NCBI RefSeq assembly: GCF_033721375.1
Contig: NZ_JAWWAP010000004.1
Span: forward strand, 240,662 to 304,661
DNA length: 64,000 nt
Direction of reading: 5' to 3'
Source of the DNA: Arsukibacterium sp.
GTDB lineage: Bacteria; Pseudomonadota; Gammaproteobacteria; Enterobacterales; Alteromonadaceae
Every line of letters starts with the position of its first letter. Positions within the stretch are counted from its first letter, which is position 1. Below the pieces are notes generated by a model. The model made no database searches and was not told the origin of the DNA. It was given only the letters and a program-made list of their open reading frames with translations. Position numbers and translations under genes: made by a program. Shown here in pieces: positions 58,326 through 64,000 of this stretch.

Positions 58326-59296
58326 GTCTGTTGCTCCCCGCCGGCCTGTTTCGGAGCAATACCCTGCTTTTCTGCGATGCGCAGCACCGCACTGCGGGCA
58401 CGCGGGTTGGCGGCCAGTTCGGCGTCAGAGGGCATCAGTGCTTTGCCAATCAGTTTCAGCGGAATGGCTTTGTTTAGCTGGGCGTCGGTTAATGGCATCC
58501 CCCTGGGTACCGGTTCACCTTTGGAATAACGACGCATAAACTGCTTCACAAGCCGGTCTTCCAGCGAATGAAAGCTTATTACCACCAGCCGGCCACCGGG
58601 TTTCAGCACTGCCATCGCAGCGTGCAGCGCCAGATTGACCTGTTCCAGCTCACTGTTGACGTAGATCCGGATAGCCTGAAAACTACGGGTAGCAGGATGC
58701 TTTTTCTCTTTGTGGCTTTTAGGCACGCTGTCGCTAATCAACTTCGCCAGCTGTGCAGTACGGGTAAAGGGGGTCTCAGCCCTGGCGGCCACAATGGCCT
58801 GAGCAATCCGCCAGGCAAACCGCTCTTCGCCATATTCACGCAGCACAAAGCTGATATCTTCTACATCGGCAGTCGCCAGCCACTGGGCGGCCGACATACC
58901 ACTGCTTGGGTCCATCCGCATATCTAGCGGGCCGTCCCGCATAAAGCTGAAACCACGGTCGGCGTCATCCAGTTGCGGGGAAGACACGCCTAAATCCAGC
59001 AGAATGCCGTCTAATTTGCCACTGAGCTGATGCTGCTCAGCCACGGTTGCCAGGGCGGCAAAGGGGGTATGGGTGATATGAAAACGCGCATCAGCTTGCA
59101 GTGGGGCTGCAGCAGCGATAGCGGCGGGGTCGCGATCTATTGCAAATAAGCGGCCATTCGGGCCAAGCTGTTTCAGAATTTCCCTGCTATGGCCGCCACG
59201 CCCAAAGGTACCGTCCAGGTAAATCCCGTCGGCTTTAATTGCGAGTCCGTCAATTGCTTCTTTCAGCAAGACAGAGATATGAGCATGGCTTGTCAT
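58322..59296 (-). CDS. rsmH: 16S rRNA (cytosine1402-N4)-methyltransferase
   Basis: [33 protein letters not shown] and ISFHSLEDR are canonical MraW/RsmH motifs. Confidence 0.96.
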   Translation of the reverse strand: MTSHAHISVLLKEAIDGLAIKADGIYLDGTFGRGGHSREILKQLGPNGRLFAIDRDPAAIAAAAPLQADARFHITHTPFAALATVAEQHQLSGKLDGILLDLGVSSPQLDDADRGFSFMRDGPLDMRMDPSSGMSAAQWLATADVEDISFVLREYGEERFAWRIAQAIVAARAETPFTRTAQLAKLISDSVPKSHKEKKHPATRSFQAIRIYVNSELEQVNLALHAAMAVLKPGGRLVVISFHSLEDRLVKQFMRRYSKGEPVPRGMPLTDAQLNKAIPLKLIGKALMPSDAELAANPRARSAVLRIAEKQGIAPKQAGGEQQT

Positions 59297-59761
59297 TTAC
59301 AGTACAAAGTCCTGTAATCGTTCAGATAATTCAACATTGCCGGCCTGTGCCTGTTCCAGCTCAATATCAGCGGTTAAGCGATCATGCCAGGCGGCTTCGT
59401 CCCAGATTTCGAATTTATTCAGCTGGCCTACCAGCCGGATATTTTTACTCAGACCCGCGTGCTGACGCAGTGGCGCCGGCACTAAAATACGGCCGTTTTT
59501 ATCCATATCGCAGTCAGTGGCATTGCCCAGCAACAAGCGTTGCAGACGGCGTTCCTGCGGGTTCAGGCTGGACAGCGATTTCAGTTTTTCTTCTATTTCT
59601 TCCCACTCTGCCAGCGGATACAATAATAAGCAGGGATCGTGCAGGTCGATGGTGCAGATCAGGTGGCCCTGATTTTCAGACAACAGGACTTCCCGGTAGC
59701 GCGCAGGCAGCGCCAACCGTCCCTTATCATCCATTGTCAGTGTAAACGAGCCACGAAACAT
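59297..59761 (-). CDS. mraZ: transcriptional regulator MraZ
   Basis: [23 protein letters not shown] plus a second DxxGR-type repeat ([13 protein letters not shown]). 154 aa. First gene of the dcw cluster. Confidence 0.95.
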   Translation of the reverse strand: MFRGSFTLTMDDKGRLALPARYREVLLSENQGHLICTIDLHDPCLLLYPLAEWEEIEEKLKSLSSLNPQERRLQRLLLGNATDCDMDKNGRILVPAPLRQHAGLSKNIRLVGQLNKFEIWDEAAWHDRLTADIELEQAQAGNVELSERLQDFVL

Positions 59762-59837
59762 AACTTATCTGCCTGGTTAATCGGGCTGCATTTTTCAGCG
59801 CAGCGCCCGCCTGAATCGTCTGGATTATTCCAAAATG

Positions 59838-59866
59838 ATCCACAATTACCCACAAATCCCCACAAC
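59838..59866 (-). promoter_or_regulatory. MraZ operator: three direct TGTGG(G) boxes at exact 10-bp spacing
   Basis: The minus strand reads TGTGGGGATT-TGTGGGTAAT-TGTGGATCAT (plus-strand CCACA at 59840, 59850 and 59860). It lies 77-105 nt upstream of the mraZ ATG, just downstream of the candidate promoter. Confidence 0.7.
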
Positions 59867-59871
59867 GATAC

Positions 59872-59901
59872 AGTTTAGGGCTCTGCTTTAACCAATGTCA
59901 A
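59872..59901 (-). promoter_or_regulatory. candidate sigma-70 promoter of the dcw/mra operon (Pmra)
   Basis: The minus strand reads TTGACA (59901-59896), an 18-nt spacer, then TAAACT (59877-59872), directly upstream of the MraZ boxes. Confidence 0.55.
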
Positions 59902-60156
59902 GGTAAAAACCAAGTCTGCTGATCGATAAAGATCCAGTAAAATCGGGCGCTGGCTTAAAGTTGATGATTTTGGTGGGGAAAAGTGGTGTCACTGAAAATC
60001 AGCAGGCGCAGGCTGCTGGCAATTAATTTTACTTTGCCGGCTTTTTCAGCAGAAAACTTGCTATTGCCGAATAAATTATTCAATATAAATTTACATATCG
60101 CATAACTAATTTTTTATAACCGGCTGACAGGCCGGTTGAGCCTAAGACCACCGCCT

Positions 60157-61002
60157 ATGCTGAGTTTACTAAAGATACGTGGCATGCTGGACCAAATGTC
60201 GGTTATAGAGCGCAAGCTGGCCGAGTTTATTCTGGACAATGCGCATATGCTGCGCGATTACTCGTCGCAACAGCTAGCTGATGCTGTCGGGATCAGTCAA
60301 TCCAGTGTGGTCAAGTTTTGTCAGAAGCTGGGCTATAAGGGTTATCCTGATCTGAAGCTGGCGATTAATGAAGCGGTGGTCACGGCCAGCACCCTGAGCC
60401 GGGATCAGGCCGATAAAAACAGTGATGACGGCAGCTTGATCGGCATTGGCGAGCAGTTACAGTTCAGTCTGCAGCAGCATTTACGCACCTTACTGACCAT
60501 TAATGATGAAAAAACCCTGCTAAAGGCCGCCCGCTTATTACAGGGTGCCGATAAAATATTACTGGCCGGCTTCGCCAAGTCGGCGATTGTAGTGGCAGAT
60601 ATGCAGTTCCGGCTGCTGCAACTGGGTAAACTGGCGTTGCATCATGCCGATCCGGCATTAGCATTGCAGCTGGCCCGCAGTTTAACCGACACCAGTGTTT
60701 TGCTGCTGGTCTCGGATTCCGGCCAGAACAATGATTTGCTGAAACTGGAACATTATGCCAAAAGCCGCCAGCTGAAAATTATTTCACTGACCAGCTATAA
60801 AACCAATGCCCAGAGCCTGGCGGCTGACATTACGTTGTTTACCTTAAGCGCCGAAGAAGATATCCGTTTAAATCCGATACTCACCCAGCTGGCCCAGCAG
60901 CATTTATGTCATATGCTGTATCTGCAACTTTGCCAGTGGCAGAATAACGATTTAGCCTTAACTGAAAGCACCGAATTACTGGGCCTGCTGGAAAAACCCT
61001 GA
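60157..61002 (+). CDS. RpiR/MurR-family transcriptional regulator (HTH_6 + SIS domain)
   Basis: SVIERKLAEFILDNAHMLRDYSSQQLADAVGISQSSVVKFCQKLGYKGYPDLK is the RpiR HTH. The C-terminal half is SIS-like. I prefer the ATG at 60157 to the TTG at 60136. Confidence 0.85.
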   Translation: MLSLLKIRGMLDQMSVIERKLAEFILDNAHMLRDYSSQQLADAVGISQSSVVKFCQKLGYKGYPDLKLAINEAVVTASTLSRDQADKNSDDGSLIGIGEQLQFSLQQHLRTLLTINDEKTLLKAARLLQGADKILLAGFAKSAIVVADMQFRLLQLGKLALHHADPALALQLARSLTDTSVLLLVSDSGQNNDLLKLEHYAKSRQLKIISLTSYKTNAQSLAADITLFTLSAEEDIRLNPILTQLAQQHLCHMLYLQLCQWQNNDLALTESTELLGLLEKP

Positions 61003-61066
61003 CCGCGCCTGGTTAACCGGGTCTGCTGGCAAAGCACTAAGCTATCAGTGCAATATCCCCAGGCTA

Positions 61067-62161
61067 TCAGTCCAGCATCACCAGGCCATCAATAGCGGTA
61101 ATACCCAGTCCCGGCGCATTGCCGATAGTAATATCAGCATCATTAAAATTCACGCTGCTGCGCACCGGGTCAAAAGCACAGAGCGATGGCCCGTCTAAAT
61201 CAATTTTGGTAATAACATCAGACTTGGCTACCGCGACATGCACCGCCGCAGCCACGCTGATACTACCCTCCAGCATACAGCCAATCATGCACTGCATATC
61301 ATAAAACGAGCAGATATCAGCAATTTTAATCGCGTTGGCAATGCCGCCGGTTTTCATCAGTTTAATATTGATAATATCGGCCGCACGCATTTTGATCAGC
61401 TCTATCACTTCGCGCGGGCCAAAGCTGCTTTCATCGGCCATTACCGGGGTATGCACCCGCTCGGTAATATATTTTAAGCCCTCTAAGTCATACGCTTTTA
61501 CCGGCTGTTCCACCAACTCCAGCCGCACTCCGGCATCTTCCAGTTTACGCAGGGCATACACCGCCTCTTTGGCCGTCCAGCCCTGATTGGCATCGAGCCG
61601 GATTAACGCTTTGCCGGCTACTGCGGCATAAATGGCTTTCACCCGCTCAATATCGACGCCGATATCTTTGCCCACTTTTACCTTCAGGGTTTCAAAACCG
61701 CGGTCGATAGCGCTGAGTGAATCGGCGACCATTTTATCGATATAGTCGACGCTGATAGTGATATCAGTGGTTATTTTTGGCACACCGCCACCGAGAATTT
61801 TATATAGTGGTGCCTGATAAAGCTGGGCGAATAAATCATACACCGCCATTTCCACCGCTGCTTTGGCACTGTAGTTTTTCATAATAGCGCCCTGGATCAG
61901 CCGGATAATATGATTTAAATCGGCAATTTGCTGGCCAACCAGCTTGGGCTTTAACACGCTTTTTATCGCATCAATAATCGAGCCATGAATATCACCGGTA
62001 ATTACTGCCGTGGCAGGGGCCTCACCATAGCCAATATGGCCGGTGTCGGTTTCAATCATGACCACTACATCTTCAATTTGCTGCACGGTGCGCAGCGCCG
62101 TTTTAAACGGGGTTTTCAGTGGTATGGTAAGCATGCCCAGCCGGATGTCGGTAATTTTCAT
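61067..62161 (-). CDS. L-Ala-D/L-Glu (dipeptide) epimerase, enolase superfamily
   Basis: MKITDIRLGMLTIPLKTPFKTALRTV..., KVKVG, RLDANQGW, EQP, MADES and the DLD region match the muconate-cycloisomerase-subgroup dipeptide epimerases (YcjG/YkfB type). Adjacent to an NlpC/P60 peptidase. Confidence 0.8.
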   Translation of the reverse strand: MKITDIRLGMLTIPLKTPFKTALRTVQQIEDVVVMIETDTGHIGYGEAPATAVITGDIHGSIIDAIKSVLKPKLVGQQIADLNHIIRLIQGAIMKNYSAKAAVEMAVYDLFAQLYQAPLYKILGGGVPKITTDITISVDYIDKMVADSLSAIDRGFETLKVKVGKDIGVDIERVKAIYAAVAGKALIRLDANQGWTAKEAVYALRKLEDAGVRLELVEQPVKAYDLEGLKYITERVHTPVMADESSFGPREVIELIKMRAADIINIKLMKTGGIANAIKIADICSFYDMQCMIGCMLEGSISVAAAVHVAVAKSDVITKIDLDGPSLCAFDPVRSSVNFNDADITIGNAPGLGITAIDGLVMLD

Positions 62162-62172
62162 AGGTGCCTCGG

Positions 62173-63624
62173 TTAACGCAACGATTTAAGCGCGTATATT
62201 TTATCCAGATAACTGCTGTCGGCCGAAAGCCGCAGCGGGGTTAACGGCGTTACCGCTACCCCATTTAAAATCCCCTGATACAGCTCAGGTGTAGCGTCAG
62301 CATTTTGCCCGGACACTTTGTCAGACGCGTCGCCAGATGCTTTGTCAGACGCTTTGTAAGACTCTTTATAAGAAAAGTAGGCCAGCTCATGTACTGAGTG
62401 GATAACAAAGGGCTCGCCATTATCCTCACCCAGATACAGCATCACATGGCCCGGCCGGTAAATTAAATCACCGGCGCTGGCTTTGCTGATTGCGGCCAGT
62501 TTTTCATGCTGGCTGCTTTGGGCGCTAAAGCGGATATTCTGACCATAGCTGCCCTCGCCCTGCTGACCGGAGTTACGCGGCATCAGCAGGCCAAAGCTAC
62601 GGTAAATTTCAATAATAAAGCCGGTGCAATCCCGGCTGTCGTAATCATGGCCCCAGCCGTAGCGATCGCCCAGAAACTTAAATGCCTGCTGCAGCACGTT
62701 TGCCGGCGTATAGGGCAGATAACCGACCCTGACATCCTGCTGGCGGGCAATCAGTGCCGGGGTAAACGCCAGGCTGCCATCAGCACTGCGTAGCGGCAGT
62801 TTTACAATATAACTGGCATGCGGGTTCTGGCCATTGACGTTATGGCCGGTGTCATCAGTAGTTAACAGCGGCAGCCGGGTGCCCATATCCAGCAGCAGTT
62901 CTGAAATTGCCGGTACCGCAGGCGTATAGCTGGTATAGGCCCGGGCACCGGTTACCAGCAGAAACGGCGTTTGCTCACTGTACTCAAGTACCTGTTGCCT
63001 GCTGCCAGTAGCAACATCGGCTGCCTGCACCCAACCGGTATAATGATAATTCTGTACCAGCAGCCAATTAGCATCGTGGCTTTGGTGCAGCACCGCGACT
63101 GGCTCGCCCGGAAACAGCGCGGTTTCCTGAAAGCGGTCTAAGTCCAGCGCCATCTGTTCATTGTGCACTCTGTCTTCGGTTGGCATGCTGCGTAAATCGG
63201 TGCGCTTAACTACTAAAGCAAAACGGACCGGATTAGCAGGTTGCACGGCATCAGTATTCAGGTTTTGCCGGTAGTGCTGCCACTGGGTAGCGGTTACTGG
63301 CTGGCCATTGGCGTAAAAACGCTGCTGCTTAGCCGATGCACTGGCATTATCGATAATGTCAGCCAGCTGTGCTGCCGTAAAGCTGGCTGGTAAATCTGCC
63401 AGCCGGGTCATTTCAGGCTGTCTGGCAAAGGTTTCGCTGTTTCTGGTGCTGATTTGCGCCCCGGTTAACAACAGCCGGTCGGGATCAGCGACCTTCGCCA
63501 GCCAGAAGTCGGCACTGAGGTGATCGGGCTTTAACATAGGAATATCTGACTTCGCATAAACATTTTCCTGAACAATGCTGCTGCCTACGCAAAAAAGTAT
63601 TATTAACCAATAACCTGGTCTCAT
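62173..63624 (-). CDS. NlpC/P60-family gamma-D-glutamyl-L-diamino acid endopeptidase (YkfC-like, with SH3b-like N-terminal domains)
   Basis: Signal peptide, then the catalytic Cys context YDSRDCTGFIIEIYRSFG and the His context GDLIYRPGHVMLYLG. A low-complexity insert ASDKASGDASDKVSG lies near the C-terminus. Confidence 0.75.
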   Translation of the reverse strand: MRPGYWLIILFCVGSSIVQENVYAKSDIPMLKPDHLSADFWLAKVADPDRLLLTGAQISTRNSETFARQPEMTRLADLPASFTAAQLADIIDNASASAKQQRFYANGQPVTATQWQHYRQNLNTDAVQPANPVRFALVVKRTDLRSMPTEDRVHNEQMALDLDRFQETALFPGEPVAVLHQSHDANWLLVQNYHYTGWVQAADVATGSRQQVLEYSEQTPFLLVTGARAYTSYTPAVPAISELLLDMGTRLPLLTTDDTGHNVNGQNPHASYIVKLPLRSADGSLAFTPALIARQQDVRVGYLPYTPANVLQQAFKFLGDRYGWGHDYDSRDCTGFIIEIYRSFGLLMPRNSGQQGEGSYGQNIRFSAQSSQHEKLAAISKASAGDLIYRPGHVMLYLGEDNGEPFVIHSVHELAYFSYKESYKASDKASGDASDKVSGQNADATPELYQGILNGVAVTPLTPLRLSADSSYLDKIYALKSLR

Positions 63625-63866
63625 TTCACCCTCTTATCAGCAGCAGGAAAATACCGGCTGACTTTTATAATAGCTGCAAATAGAATCAAATATTCCAATT
63701 AATAGTAATTTTTAGCATAAATTATTTTCAAAACCAAAAAATTATTGCTATGTTAATTTTGTGCAGAAAATAAACACCTCGCACTATAACTATAAACGGG
63801 TATTAAAAAGGGCAAGCAGAACCCTGTTACGGACAGCTACAAAACGCAACTCCAGGAGAGATACTG

Positions 63867-64000
63867 ATGAAGTATAACGAGCTTAAATTTATAAAAAGTC
63901 GGTTGGCGCAAGCAACCCAATTCGCTTTTCGCTCCCCGGCTACGGTCACTGCGATGGTACTGGCAGGAATTCTGACCTGTGCACCGGCAGCAGCACAACA
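63867..64000 (+). CDS. secreted or outer-membrane protein, 5' fragment only (runs off the right edge)
   Basis: An AGGAGAG RBS sits 7 nt upstream of the ATG. MKYNELKFIKSRLAQATQFAFRSPATVTAMVLAGILTCAPAAAQ looks like a long signal peptide of the kind seen on TonB-dependent receptors. Too short to assign a family. Confidence 0.5.
   Translation, partial: MKYNELKFIKSRLAQATQFAFRSPATVTAMVLAGILTCAPAAAQ

Noticed and set aside
63680-63760. A possible Fur box (aattaatagtaatttttag) in the divergent promoter region ahead of the putative receptor gene.
   Set aside because: The match to GATAATGATAATCATTATC is poor (a minority of positions) and the region is simply AT-rich. The downstream gene family is also unknown.
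1-64000. A search for mobile genetic elements, prophage, toxin-antitoxin pairs, defence systems, tRNA/rRNA genes, or integration scars beyond the small repeats.
   Set aside because: Every ORF longer than 100 aa is accounted for by a housekeeping or accessory gene listed above. I saw no transposase, integrase, recombinase, restriction, Cas or phage-structural motifs and no tRNA-like cloverleaf candidates. Small RNAs cannot be excluded by eye.

Overview
This is core chromosome from a gammaproteobacterium. Gene order and protein sequences look Alteromonadales/Chromatiales-like, but I cannot name the taxon by eye. I call about 60 protein genes. I recognised no rRNA, tRNA, CRISPR array, IS/transposase, integrase or prophage gene.

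Conserved blocks, left to right:
- rpmG-rpmB, radC, coaBC-dut, slmA, pyrE-rph, yicC
- a propeller/Y_Y_Y GGDEF diguanylate cyclase
- gmk-rpoZ-spoT-ridA-(binding protein)-recG
- a DUF1445 hydro-lyase, then a 1337-aa orphan multi-pass membrane protein
- pxpABC, a DUF4392 gene and a D-amino-acid aminotransferase
- pilA-(LtaS-like transferase)-pilBCD-coaE-zapD-yacG
- a PEP-CTERM protein and an IalB-like protein inserted before mutT-secA
- a DciA-like gene
- the complete dcw cluster: lpxC, ftsZ-ftsA-ftsQ, ddl, murC, murG, ftsW, murD, mraY, murF, murE, ftsI, ftsL, rsmH, mraZ, with its promoter and MraZ operator
- an RpiR regulator with a murein-peptide recycling pair (L-Ala-D/L-Glu epimerase plus NlpC/P60 endopeptidase)

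Most worth a second look:
1. An AT-rich pilin island where an LtaS/sulfatase-family membrane transferase sits in the slot normally held by pilin-modification genes, next to a pilin ending in Ser.
2. The orphan giant membrane protein, with Cache-like periplasmic modules and what looks like a degenerate P-loop/winged-helix cytoplasmic region.
3. A pxpABC-DUF4392-dat module with a nearby DUF1445 gene, suggesting D-glutamate/5-oxoproline salvage.
4. An (AGTGACA)9 heptanucleotide microsatellite between pilB and pilC, plus several other short tandem repeats at nearby gene junctions.
5. Two families of roughly 95-bp palindromic intergenic elements. One family brackets slmA. One copy of the other supplies the stop codon of the DUF4392 gene.

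All homology calls come from recalled family or ortholog sequences and visible motifs. No searches were run.
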